From positions 4,402,001 through 4,466,000 of the forward strand of contig JBLDXI010000015.1 of the NCBI GenBank assembly GCA_047495785.1: a stretch of 64,000 nt of DNA. Direction: 5' to 3'. Numbering within the stretch: position 1 is the first letter of the stretch; each line of letters opens with the position of its first letter. Below the pieces are notes generated by a model. The model searched no databases. It was given only the letters and a program-made list of their open reading frames with translations, and was not told the origin of the DNA. Position numbers and translations under genes: made by a program. This DNA is from Lepidodermella squamata (lineage: Eukaryota > Animalia > Gastrotricha). This document shows positions 50,047 to 63,722 of this stretch, piece by piece.

Positions 50047-53000
50047 ATGGTATGGATTTCACCTCCCGCCCATGTTTTGCTGACGGCTCCTCGATGGCGA
50101 ACCGAACAGCAGAATCAGTATTTTTTATTGCAAAGATATTCCAGGGGTTCGTTTGTTACTGCTTTCTTGGACAACTTGGTGGACTCAACGCCAACCTATC
50201 GAATCCTATGTCATCCTCACGATTTAACTGCCCAGGCGTCATCAGCTATTTGCATTGCAACATCTAATGATAAGAAAGATATATCGGACCACTGGCAGTG
50301 GCTCGAACTGCACGTAACTCCCGTTCTGGATGGCTTTGACAGCTATGCTGAGTTGATTGCATTTGTGTCCCAAAAAATTGGTTCTCTGACTGACTGTAAG
50401 TTGTCAAATTTGCTTATACTTATATGCGACATCGATGTCATTGTATTTCATTAGATGTACCTGATTCCTCCAATAGCGAAAAATCACGACAATTCAGAGA
50501 ATTTTTCCCAGAGCTTTCCGATGCAGGTGATACAGTAAAAGCTGTTTATAATGTCACCTATTTCGCCAGCTCGTCACCTCTACCCTACATGGGCTCATTA
50601 TTTTTGACGACAAATCATATTTGCTTTGGAAGCAAGCGCATGTTCAGCCGAGTACTCGCCGTCGCTGTTCGGTGGTTAGATGTAATTAATTTGGGCGCTG
50701 ATTCCTCTCAGCTATTCCCTGATCGTTTAACGCTTACAACCTGTCGGCACGAAACCCATATATTTCGAATGGTCAATCCATCCGTAGTGCAAGTCATTGA
50801 CGTTTGTCGAAATTTATGTAACACTGCTGCTGGCCGTGTTTTAGTCGATACTAGTCAAGTGAATCGCAATGAGGAAACAGTTAGTTCACCTTTCAAGAAC
50901 ATTTTGTTTGATAATTGTATGTATTAATTTCAGGCTTTGACCCAGTTCAAACTTCCCGTCGGTGAATATTTAATATTGGACCAACTTTGTCGAATATGCG
51001 ATCCGTATGGGAAAGGCTTTGTCAAAGGTCGGCTGTTGGTCACGCAGAACTTTTTGTGTTTCACATCTGGTGGCAGTGGAAACGCACAAAAGTTACGTCT
51101 ATCTTTGCCTTTTCACCTTTGCTCAGATATTGAGCGCTCTCCTACGAGCAATTCGCTCGTTATTTCGTTGATAAACGAGCTTGGCACAATCATCATTGAC
51201 TTCACTGGTGGGGATTTGGAACCTGTTAGGAGGCAGCTTTCCCCAATTATTGGCAAAAAGACTTTGCCTGACAAAGCTATTCTCTCTGGAAAGCCATTGC
51301 TATCATTGTGCTCCGATCTGGCAGCTGAAGTCACGGACCCTGATGTCTTGAATAAATGGAAAACTTACTTGAGCGATTATTGCGTTCTCGCTAATGGTAC
51401 AAGACGTGAAATATTGCGAAGAACGCGCTAATATATCTTTACCCTTAGATATACCAGAATCGATTGGCGGCTTCGTCGCCCCAATATTCTTTGAAACCCC
51501 CAGACTACGCGAACTTATTGTAAATCATGGTATACCTGTGGAAATGCGCCCTGTAAGTTCAGAGTCAAATGTAATTCGAATCAGGGAAATATTTGTTCAT
51601 GCAGGATTTGTGGATGGTGCTAAGCGGAGCAGCATTTGATGCTTACGTTGATCCTACCAGTTACACGGTCGCTCTTAAAGCAGCCACATTGTCGCCCGCC
51701 GTCAGTCCAGACGCCGAATCCCCCAGACACAACGGCACCAATGGCTCGCATAATGGAAATGAAAGCTTGAGTGGAACCTTATTGGCGATAGATGAAATAG
51801 AAAAAGATGTTCACAGATCTCTGCCTGATCACCCTGCTTACCAAACACCAGAAGGTTTGTCTGCCCTTCGTCGAGTTCTCACTGCTTACGCTCATCGCAA
51901 TCCGAATATTGGATACTGCCAAGGTAGTAACGATTGTGTAAAGAGGCGCCGATATAATTTTTTTTATAAATGTGTAGCTATGAATGTTGTTGCTGCCGCT
52001 TTGCTTTTGTACGCTGGAGAAGAGCGAGCCTTTTATCTGCTGTGTCGAATTTGCGAACGAATTCTGCCCGATTATTACAATCGTCGCGTCACGGGGGTGC
52101 GCGTAGACTTGGAAGCTTTTGCCGAACTCGCAGAGCAAAAATTATCGTCGTAGGTTTTTATCCGAACTGCATTTCTTGGAAATAATCATTCTCATTTGAT
52201 AGCACATTGGCGAACCGCTTGAGATCTACAGGTGCAATTCCTTTGATTCTAGTTCCCTGGCTTTTGTCCATTTATATTACTTCCCTGCCGCTCAAAATGG
52301 CGATGCGAATACTTGATTGGTTTTTCTTGGATGGAGCGCGTGCTTTGTTTCAGTTTGCTCTCGCCATAGTCGACGCGAACTCAGTCGAGTTGTTGCAAGC
52401 TGAAGATGATGCTGACATCGTCGCTTGTCTGTCTTCGTACCTTAGAGCGTTAGGAAATGACGCGAAACCCGAAGATATGCAAATCGAAGGCGTTCCGCCT
52501 CAAATCGAGGTTTTGATCAAAGTTGCAGCCGAAAAGTTCCCTCTTGATAGCGAGGAAGTGGATCGGTTACGTCTGCGACACCGTCTTCGGTTAGCTTCTT
52601 CGAAAAGTGCGCAATATGTCGATGCTGCCGTCCGAGGTGCCGCTGCCGAAAGTGGCCTGACTGAGGCTGATGTGAGAAGGGTTGTATCAGAGTTTCAATT
52701 GAGCATGTGCGCGTCGGGGACGAAGCGCAACTTTGACCCTGACAAGCTCACGAGCCAGTGTGACACGTTCGCCAGCTCAATGGCTGCCGTCGCCGAAGCG
52801 AACGCGGCAGCCGCTAACGAATTTCGCATCGACGCGACTTCCGCAGTTCGATTAATTGCGCGGCTATGGCCTTTTGCGTTGAACAATAAGGAGCTGTCTC
52901 AAGAGGTAGCTGTCGCGGCTGTGAGATGGATCATCGCCGATAACAAAGTCACCGAAGTAGATCAGCAACAGACACCAAAACCGTCATCATTTCAAAAGTA

Positions 53001-53806
53001 ATTATTTTTTATTAGCGCGAAGACTTCAGTTTCAATATTTGATTCCAGTGACGGTGAAAACAATGGCCCGATGCCTCTAGATTTTGTATCACTCACGTCA
53101 GTTTGCCGCCTGTTGGGAACATTGGCGTATGGACCCGCTGAGCGTAGGATACTATTGTTGGCTAAACTATCGGCTGATGCATGTGAAACAAAGGACCACA
53201 GAAGTTTCAGCGCTTTCGCTGCTGTTGTTGATAAAATTAGGGTCGAAGAAATTGCCGGATTCGTGAAACTGGTATTAAGAATTTTGAGCAAAATAACATT
53301 GCATATATACCAAATTGCCTATCTTCTAGGAGTTGACCGGTGATTCGAGTGACAACGAGACAAAACACGGAACAGCAGAAATTACTGAAATGACTTTGAC
53401 GCAGTCGAGCACTAATTTTTTGTGGCAGCTTCTTCATGCAATGGTTAACGCCTCCGTTACAGCATCTTCGGATTACAACTATCGCTCTTCCGCGACGAAT
53501 GGCGATTCTGCTGAAAACCCGGCCGTGACAGAGCTGGAGAGTGCTTGGCAAGCTATGCTTTCAACTTCCCAAGACAAATGGCCGGTGAATGTTCGCCAGG
53601 ATATAGTTCCTGTACTATGTCATTCGGACAAACTGCATCTTGCTGCTGCAATTGGCACTGTCTTTCCATTGGAGACAACCCCATCCACAGTAAAAAGAGC
53701 TTTAAGAAAGCTCCCTCAACCTTTTGCGAAGAAATCGCAATCAATGCCGCATGTGTCTACGGCGTCTAACAACACCAATCATAAAATGGACGATGACAAT
53801 TTGTAG
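50047..53806 (+). CDS. TBC1D8/TBC1D9-like Rab-GAP (two GRAM domains plus TBC domain), about 9 exons
   Basis: MVWISPPAHVLL...WRTEQQNQYFLLQR, GRAM-like GSLFLTTNHICF and GRLLVTQNFLCF, TBC IEKDVHRSLPDHPAYQ...LRRVLTAYAHRNPNIGYCQ/AMN, CERILPDYY. Confidence 0.9.
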
Positions 53807-54316
53807 CAATTACCGAATAACATGTACCAATAACGTGCAATGCCTTTCGATTTCTTTTTCATTGACATGTGAATCTGTAATATTATTAGATATCTTACTA
53901 ATCATAATCCCGACGAATTTTTTTTACACCAATTGATTCGATAATGCAGTGATTGTGTCTCGCCGTCTCTCGTCAAATTTAATTTCTTTTAACAAGTACG
54001 ATTTGTCAATCATGTGAAAAGTTGAAAGCCAATGAGAAGGCGCATGAAGTCTGTATACTGGTGATTAATTGCGAAATTTTTAACTTATCACACTGCGCTG
54101 CAATCGGCTGTGAATATTTTAACGAACTTGATATCTGGACGTGAAACGATACCAGAAATGTGTACAACTCGGCCGGCCTTATATTGATTTTTTTCTAATT
54201 TATTTCAGGAATACCACGCGACAATTTGCAATATCGTTATATTTTGCTAAATGAAGAAATAAATAATTTGCAGATAAACTATAATTGTTTTGATATAATC
54301 AAGTGTGTTTCGCGTA

Positions 54317-57300
54317 TTAAAAGTTCGGCTTCAATCTCAAAGAGTTAGCAGGTGGTGGTTGAGACGGTGGAGAAACATGGCCGTCTTTGCGGGATAGTGC
54401 AGCTAGTTCCATTCGAAGAGCTTCCAACTCTTGAGCTTGAAGCTGGACGAGATCTACGAGTCGTGCTCTGTCACGTTCTGCCTCGGCATCCGCCGAAGTA
54501 GCAGCAGGTGCAGCCGGTCGCTGTGCGTTCGTATCGAGCTGTTTCACTAATTTGTTGCCTTCTTGCATCAAAGAATTGAGAGTTTGCAGTCGGGTAGTAT
54601 TATCGTTAACAGTATCGATTAAGGCAGACTTCCGCGCCTTGATTTGCCGCTCAATTTCTTCCCTCTCAGCCGCCCAGCCTTTTTCTGCTTCTTTCAAACG
54701 CTCGCGTAGTTCCTCAACCGTTTGGCTAACGGTGACGGTTTCAAGTACTTCGAGGTCAACCTGTTTTCCGAACTTCGCTTTCAACTCGTGATCGCACTTA
54801 CTCTTCGTCGCGGCAACGTGACGCTCGAAACGACGTCTATCCAGCTCTAAATCCAGCCGTCTTGCCTTCGCTTCAAGTTTTTGCTGCTTTTGAGCGTTTA
54901 TTTCTCGTCTCAGCTCTTGTATACGCTCGCGGAGCTGGAGAACAGAGCCCTCTTCGAAAATGAGACTTGTGCCCAAGTCGGCAGGAAGCGAGCCGTTTTC
55001 AGTATGAAGCAGCTGATGAAGGCGTAGGACAACAACAACGTCTAAAGCGTTTAGACGTCGCTGCTTTTCTTGTTGGAACGCCTCCAAATCGTTCCTAGCC
55101 GATGTCAAACCGACTTCTGTCTGTTTTGAGCGCTTTTGTAGCGATTCCAGCTCTTTTCGAATAATGTCAAGAGTTTTCTTCTCCTCGGCAGTTGCTTCCT
55201 CCAAATCAAGCCGGCGTTCCCGCAACTCGGTTGTGTGCATGTAAACATTTTGATCGCAGCCAGCCGGGCAAATATCGAGATCGTAAACTGGCGCGTCCTC
55301 GTCATCATCACCGCCCGCCTCCTCTTCCGACTCTTCTGAGTCATCCTCATCCTCCTCCTCCTCTTCCTCCTCATCTACAAACAAAAAGGCAAACAATAAT
55401 TAACCAAATTGGCCCTAGCATCGATTGAAATGAGCATGCCTTCTTCTTCACCCTCGCGCTTTTTCCTGCGCTTGATCCGCTTTTTGAAAACTCGTGTCAG
55501 GAAGTCACTCCATTTCGTTTGGTCCGCAATACTTGATTTGAACTCAGCAGTCAGCGCACTTTCACGCTCTTGGAGCTTTTCGATATCGCGTTTCTTGTCA
55601 TCCATTCGCCGTTGACATTCACCAACCTGTCATCAACAACAAATCATTCATTGTATTACCTTGGCAAACAAATAAGTGCATTCATCATAGGCTAAGTAAA
55701 CAAAGCTAGTCCGATCGAAATGATCGGCGCTATTACCAGTCATTCGAAAGTAATACGATAAGTGATGTCTGATCATGTGCTAGTCAACATCAGCGGCCAT
55801 CGGTTCTGCCTTAGTCGAAAGGCCCTTCGACGTTTTCCTCAAACGCGTTTGTCACAGCTTTTTCTGCGCGAAACCGGGACTAATGCGACGGCTAGCTCAA
55901 AACTAATCGACAATCGGAAGCAAATCGGCCATGAGTACTTCTTTGACCGAAATCCAGCTATTTTCGCCGGAATTATGGACTTGTACCGTTCTGGGTCAAT
56001 TCACATACCGCCCGGGGCCTGCTGGCGTTTGGTGCAAGAAGAACTTGAGTTTTGGCAGGTTGACCCAGAACGAATATGCCGGTCATGTCAGCTATTTTTG
56101 GCCGAACAAGTCAATCGACAGAAAGAGCTGCACGAAATGCAGCATGCGTTTGGCGACGATGCCCGGCGCATTTCGGACTCGGTTTTCTCGTCGGAACGCA
56201 CGTCCACCTTCGAACAGGCCAAGAGTAAGGAAATGTCCATCAAGGATCAATTAGTCGGTTTTTTCAGAGAGCCATCGTCGACCAAAACGAAATGGACAAA
56301 GATTTACAAAATTTTGTTCACCGTAACGGTATTTGTTTACGTAATTACGTACATTCTAGAATCGGAAAGCATATTTCGCGTACCCACTTATGACTGTTGG
56401 GAGGAATATGGCGATGCGATAACCGCAAATATGACAGCGTTAGCAGAGAAGGAAAAGTCGACTATATCCTCCAAGAAGGACAAACAGACTGATGCTCACA
56501 ATCAACTGATGACTTTCAAAAGGTTAGTGACGCCTTAATTAAATCATAAATAATTATTGAATATCGAGCAGATTTCAAAAGTATTTTACAACATCCCCAT
56601 CTTACGCTCTCCTATCAATTGATGTCGTATGCCTGGCGCTTTTCACCGTCGATTTTGCCCTCAGATTCGCCCTATATCCGCCACCGCGCTTGCATTACTT
56701 CAAGTCTCTAACAGCGGTTTCAGATGTGATAATAACAACTGCGAATTGCATCGCTGCTGTTATGGTTTGGGCGCCACGTCAGAACTTCAATTGCCAGAAT
56801 GAAATGCTCTCAGCTTATTTAACCTTGGAAATATTTCGGGTCGCCCGGCTGATTCGATTGCTGCAGTTCACAAGCCGCTACAACGGTATCCGGGTACTTT
56901 TACTGTCACTCAGCACCAGTCTCAGGGAGCTGCTGTTGTTGCTCTCTGGACTGATGACTGCAGTAATTGTTTTCGGTATGACTATCTATGTTAGCGAGAT
57001 AGGTCAGGATGGGTCGAACTACGATAACTTCATCGTTGGCTTCTGGTGGGCACTCGTCAGCATGACAACAATCGGTATTTTGACATGAACTACTTTAATT
57101 TAAGAATACTAATTTCTCAACAGGTTATGGCGACTACGCTCCTAAATCATATGGTGGCATGCTCGTAGGGGCTATTTGCGCCGTTTGCGGCGTTCTCTAT
57201 GTTGCCCTTCAAATGCCCGTGATCGCGAACCGATTCAACGCTCTCTATTTATATGCCAGAGAGCAAGAACGACGAGCGGCAAGCACAAATACATCAAGCG

Positions 57301-60300
57301 AGGCAGCGGATGAATCAAATTTTATGCAGCAAGGTTCAACACGATATTAAAAGTAAATGTAATCGTACCTTTGTTGCTAATTCAGTGCGCTCCATCAACT
57401 TCTGTTCCACCTTTCCTTCTAGCTCGTGCTCGCGCTGTTCGAAGTCTTTGAGCAGCATCAGTTCTTCGAACAATGTGATCTCCTGGAGATTGGCCATGTT
57501 GAGCTGGACGTTAAGCTGGTTTTGTCTGTATTCAAGAACCCTGAGACGAGCGTCGAAAGTTTTCTCAGCATTTTCAATTTTCCTTAATAACCGATTCTGC
57601 TCATATTCTAGCCTGGAATTACAGTAAAATATAAAAGGAAAATCCTAATTTATTCAATTAATACCTGATTCTCTCCTCCTCGCGGCGATCTTTTTCGAAT
57701 TCAGTTAATTCAGCAACCGTGGAAACGGCTTGGGGAACCTGCTGCTGTTGTTGTTGATGTTGCTGTTGTTGAGGCAGCTGGGGTTGCTTTTGACCTCCAG
57801 CGCCAATAGGGGGTGCTCCAGGTCTTGCCTGTGTTCCAGCAGCGGGGCCAGCAGGGCCAGCTGGAGCTACTTCGACAACTTCAAAGCGCCTACGACATTA
57901 TTATTCAGCAATAAAAAGGGCAGAATTTATAAACAACTATACTTTTCCGGCTGTTCTTCTGGAGCAAGAAGGCGGGTCTTCGGAAGTGGCTTTCGGAACT
58001 CTACGGGTAGCTGGTTTTGAACTAGCTGTAGTGCTTCAATTGCTGCGTTTATTTCTGCTATTGCTGCCTTCTTAACGTCTCTGAGGTGTAAAACCTCTTG
58101 GTTGAAATCAACTTTCTTCTTGTAAATCTGAAAAGAAATCATTCAGATTGAATTTATTCCCCTAAAATGCCTTACGTATTCTTTGATCTGAAGTAGTCTT
58201 AGAGCAGCTTTGAAAGCATTCATTCGCAAGTGAGGTGGCACGACGTAGTCGTCGGCTGACTTCAGCTTGTAGTCGCCAATATGAAGCTTAGCATATTCGA
58301 TTGCCGCGACATCAGCCGGGTCCTGCCAGTCGGCACCCGGCTCGGATGCGTAAAGCTCCTCCCAGTCTTTACGACGACGAGCCCGGCGTTGCCGGCGCTC
58401 GTTAACTTTGGCCAATGCGCGTTCTATTCGCTCACCTAGTGACCCACTAACACGCACCACTATTTTATCTGCGGCCGCTACTTTACCATCATCCTGGTCT
58501 CCGACTTTCCTATCACCTTCGCCTTGTTGAACTTTAGATCCGATGTCACTCGCCCCTCTGTTCGCCTCCGTTTGCAGCCTCAAGGTTTCAAGCTGCGATC
58601 GAACTTCTTCGAAATCCGGGGTAGGATGAACAAGGGCGAACGTAGAGACAAAATGGGACGAACTGAACGCTTTAACCAGAGTCAAATCGAACTCCAATTG
58701 TTGATAAAAATAATCCTTCACGCGCTGAAGAATAAGGCTAGTCCTTGCTTGTTCGAATGCCATCTCTTTTCGGGCAAGTTCAAGTTTTTCATCGTTCATT
58801 TTGAAAGTCTGTCCTCTAATTTCGGCCGCCATCTCAAAATGCTTCCGTTCCAAGCGCAATTCGTTCGGCAATTTGTCATTCGCATCAATCACAGTGGCAA
58901 ACTGTTTACGAAGTTCAGCAATCTCTGCCCGGGCAGACGCTTTTCTGGCTTCTGCGGCCGCAACAGCACGATCATGTTCCAGCTTCTGTTTGGCTTCTTC
59001 AATGCTATACGCGTTCGGATCGGTAATATCAACAGGAGGTTTCACGCTAACTGGCATGATTCTTGGAGGCAGTACAGCCGGTTGAACTGCGGGTGGTTCT
59101 TCGATAGCGGAGCAAAAAATGGTGCCATCATGAGCTGAAGTCAGCAAGAACTTCTCGTCAAAGCTGATCGAAATATTTCTCATCAAGCCAGTTTGGCAAT
59201 CGTGATATCGGACAGCGTAGAACGCGCTGAGCGATTCCTTGGTAACTTCTCCAGGGTTGGTTAGAGAATGTACGCGTAGTAGACCGTCTTCGAAACCGCA
59301 ATAAAGCCGAGTTTTATCTTTCGAAAATAAAAAGCATGTTATCGGTATGTCGTCCGATTCAGGCACAGGAAGACATGCCAATGGATCCATAGGTGTGTCC
59401 AGCGGAGCAGGTGGTAGCTGACATTCGTACAAATAGCCCGCATCGTAACCACCACGAGAAACAACGATGCGATCCCGGTCACTCGCATTAGCATAGAAAG
59501 AAAACATCAGCGGGCAAGGTTCTTCCGGAATATATTCTTCCCATTCGTCTGGTGGCATTTGAGGCTCTGGTGGTTCAACTGGCTCTCCTTCAGGAATAAG
59601 CCCACGGGCAGCCATTTCTCGCCGCTCGGCGCATAATTTCTTGTAAGCTTTTTCCATAGCTACGCGAATTTTTTCCAACTCTTCTTCGTGCCGCAATCGC
59701 GATTTTATTGACTTGATTTTCAAATACCGAAGGATCCGCGCTTGCTCAGCTTTTAGCTTATAAGTCATTGAGTGATCTACGGTTTTTGGATCAATTGGTG
59801 GAACAACCTCGGCAACGCATCCATTATTACAAGAGACCAGTAATCGAACCTGTGAGGGATCATTCCGTTCAGAATTGAACTGTATGTGATTCACAGGTCC
59901 CGGAACGGTAACGAATCCAACGGGCTCAAAATCACCAGCGGTCGTGAAGAAGAAAATAGTCGAGTCGGCACCTCCTGTTGCAAGCAATCGAGAAGATGCG
60001 TCGAATGCCAGAGCATTCACTCTGCCAGAGTGAGGTTTAAAGGCCGATTTGAGGGTTAATTCGGCAGCAAAGCCTGAGCCTTTATTTCCGCTCATAGTAG
60101 GAGGCTGAGCGACAAGTATTCGAATAACACCGTCGGAGAACCCTGCTACCATCAATCTGCAGTGTTGATCAATCGCAGCATCAGCCCATACTATAGCAGA
60201 AGCTGCTGTGGGAAATCTTGTAACGCCAAGAGGCATTCCCGTGGCAAAGTCATGCAGTCTGATAGTTCCATCGGATCCAGCCGTGGCAAGGAGATGGGCG

Positions 60301-62127
60301 ATTGGCGACACGGCCATCGAAGGAACATCGCCTGCATGAGTCGACAGCAATCTTTGAGGAGCGGAGGACGTATGCGTGAAACTTAAATCCAGCTTCCAAA
60401 TCGCGCCATTTTTATCCTGGGCATACCAGAAGCTAGGATCGGGTGATCTGACGATGCCATGCAAAGCCGCAGGGGCATCGCTTGGATTGGCATTTGGCCC
60501 GGTAACAATGGCGCGAAGCTCGTTCATAGGCTCCATTTCGAGATATGGATTTTCCGCAGATACATCGGCCGTGTCCACCGTGTCCAAATCCCATACCTAA
60601 TTTGCCCCATGAATATTATTCCTGTTATTTTTAGGAGCAGCTTTTGGAGCTGATCGCTTACCCTAATGTAACCATCCATGCCAATAGTCAGCAACTCGCC
60701 CTCAACAAGTAGAACCTGTTCCACGTCAGCGGTGTGACAAGGTTTACGGCCTTTTCTTGTAACTTCGAGTTTAATAAGGCCGTCGTCCCACAGCAACATA
60801 TTACCCCATTCACAGCCAGACAACACCTGATCATTCCAAAATGTATCAACGCGTTAACGAGGACAATGAAAACATACCTTGCCGTCAGGCAACTCGATAT
60901 AGCCTTCGATATCAGATATTTCGGTTTTTCCGAACCTTCCAAGGCGACCTTGCAGCTTGAGTCCAGTAAAAGTATCTGCCATTTTCCAAAACTTTATGTG
61001 ACCGGACCCTGACGTAGTTAGCTGCCCAGCGAGCTCTTGACTGAAGCTAACACGGTAAACGTCTTGCCCATGGGCTTTGGCTCTCAACAAAATACGCTCT
61101 TGGCGCCAGTCGTATAACGTTAGCATGTAATCAGGCTCGGATCCGAGTGCACTGCAATTGATTTAGGCATATCAACAATGATTATGTGATAGTATGAGTC
61201 ATAAACTTACGCTAAGATATTGCCATCGGGACTGAAACACAGATGGGCAAAAGCCTCATTCGTGCCATCACGCAATATTCTCCATAGTTTCAAAGATGGC
61301 CATTCGTAAATCGCAACGACAGGTGACTTTCCTTTTTCACCAACAGCAAGATACGATCGTGAGTGATGAACCTAATATCCAAATAAAATGATATGAAAAA
61401 CAGCATAAGTTTAGATTACCGCGATAGCTCCCACCCCTGCGCCGCCCAACGTTTTCAAGAATTGCTGCTCTTTCGTTTTCAAATTGAGGAATTGTACAAA
61501 ACTACCAGCAGCAAATGCAATGGTCTCATTGTCTAGTGCATGTAGATTTGCTCGTTTACGACAGTTATAGCCTAGTGCATATCTATGAAAACATAGCAAT
61601 AATCAATCAGGTGAAAAAAGCTGGAAAAATTATTAGCTCGGCCTACCGCACATTCAGCAATTTTGAGTGCAATCCAGTTTTGCCTGCCTCCTCGGTCAGA
61701 AAGGGGCGTGATGCTAACTCCTCGTAATCATAATAAAAATCCTCTGCGATCCGAGGCGCGGCTTCCTCCTGCTGACGGCGCAGAGTTGCAGCAGCCGCCG
61801 CGGCTTTCGCAGCTTCGCTCTCGTCTTCTTGAGGCTCTTCCTCATCATTCTCAATTTTTTCTGCAGGTTGCTCGGTATTATCGACCTCATTAAGATCAGC
61901 ATCGCCATTTTCATCTAACATGAGGAAGAGAGTAAAAAACTATCAAAAATACTACAGCAATCTCCAAACCGATCACGTCAGCATCGCCATTCGCGTTTTC
62001 ATTATCAACTGGATCGCCCGACAACACATCGCCCTCTGCAGGAAGTGCGGTTTCAGGCTCAGCTAAATAAAGAAAAACAGTTGATCGATCTATTTCACGC
62101 GATTTAGAGCTCACTTGGATCACTCAT
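54317..62127 (-). CDS. CFAP44: Cilia- and flagella-associated protein 44 (WDR52), about 13 exons
   Basis: [85 protein letters not shown], coiled-coil C-terminus LSRKDGH; ATG 62127. Confidence 0.93.
55765..57350 (+). CDS. Voltage-gated K+ channel subunit, Shaw/Kv3-like, nested antisense in a CFAP44 intron; 3 exons
   Basis: T1/BTB domain ([15 protein letters not shown]...VQEELEFW), S4 [10 protein letters not shown], pore [19 protein letters not shown]6 [19 protein letters not shown]; introns 56523-56571 and 57075-57123. Confidence 0.92.
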
Positions 62128-62228
62128 TAAGTATTATAACAGAGAACAGGAAATTTCGCATCAATCCATAAAAACTGAAAAACTTTGGCTATGCACAACC
62201 GCACAACATGGATTGCGTGGACCATAGC

Positions 62229-62242
62229 GTTGCCATAGCACT
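62229..62242. promoter_or_regulatory. RFX X-box upstream of CFAP44
   Basis: GTTGCCATAGCACT about 100 bp upstream of the ATG of a motile-cilia gene. Confidence 0.7.
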
Positions 62243-63722
62243 GCTTTTTTGTCTTGACTGCATTTACATTACTTTTATATGATTAACTTTTAATTACCAT
62301 ATAAAAACATTTTGTATTAATTTAATATTGTATCACGTGACATCGCGAGCGGGATTTTTTTTTATTTTATCCTAAACGAGACCAAACGAGAACGCGGAGG
62401 AGGCGATCCTGACTGAATCTAGTTCAACTTTGAAAAGTACATTAAAGAAGTGATATCTTTATTTTTGCTTAAATCAACGAAAAATCGGAATCTGAGCGCG
62501 GCCATGTTAAAAACACAACTACCAACTTTGTCATCAGCATTATGAAACGCAGTAAGATCAGAAGTCCGGAGTCAGAGGACTGGCGAGAAAGTTGAAACGT
62601 GAGTACTACGTTGCAATCGCTGCTTCAGCGACCAAGTGTAGGTGGTCGAAGGAGGATCATCTGAATGGCTATTAACTTCTCTTGCACAACAGTTTGGTTT
62701 CCGCAAATTCTACAACGTAATCACCTGAGAAATCCATTCAAGGAACCTCTTAAACCTGAACCTCTTCTTGGATTCACTCTATACTGAAGGAATCGTCGCC
62801 TCTCGAGTCGTTCTGATTTTACATAAAGTCGATCGAACTCTACTGGGACTAATATAAGATACAAATTGTTAAACTTAACAATGCCTCCTTGGTGGCACTG
62901 TGATAAAACACGGCGTCTCTCACGGCAATGTTCTTTACAATGTTTTACGTATTTACAATTTACGCCAGTGAACTTTCTGGCTTAGTATCTGACCCTGAAT
63001 GCGCAGTGCATAATTTTATATGGCCATGACACTAGGATCTATGCAGCCTGAGAATCTATTGAAGGGGCCAAAGCCAAATTCTAGACACAAGTCACGTCGA
63101 ACTTCGTCGTCCAATTTGTGATGGGGCAACTTGATCTATTTATCACAGTAGAGCCATAATTTATTTGCTATTCTAGTTATTATAGCTTTCTTTGGCTACC
63201 CATTTGTAAAATCAAAGTGACCTCATCCTCGTGTCTGACGGTATTATCTTATCTCACTCTTTATTCTACTTATTTTTGTATTCTTATCTTATCTTGCGTG
63301 CTAAGTCGGTAATTCTGATTGTTACTCGGCCCTCATGAGCACGAGCCAAAGAACGGGCACGGGGCACGAAGGCGGGGAATAGCGCGACTCGCGTCATCCG
63401 TCAAATGAATTCTGCAAAGCTCACACTGCAAGCTACCGAATTGTGAAGGAGCAACTCGGATACATTGTTTTATTAGATTCGTAACATAAAGTTTTGTAAC
63501 CGGTTGCGTCACCTTGGCCGGCCGTCGGTTCGGGCCCCGTTTCCTCCGGCGTGATTGCTGGCCCTGGCGTCACGGGGCCCTTGTGAAACATCGCCCCTGA
63601 CTAGGGTGACTAGGGTTCTAATCTTCAACTGATTCTAAAGCGATACTTGGACTACGATGTATTTTTAGAGAGTTCAATATTAACTGAAAACGCTGAGTAT
63701 CCGCTCTTTAATCATTCGAAGA

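Noticed and set aside
63320-63590. Solo LTR (TGT...ACA ends, AATAAA on the minus strand)
   Set aside because: No target-site duplication, PBS or PPT, so it is not called as a feature.
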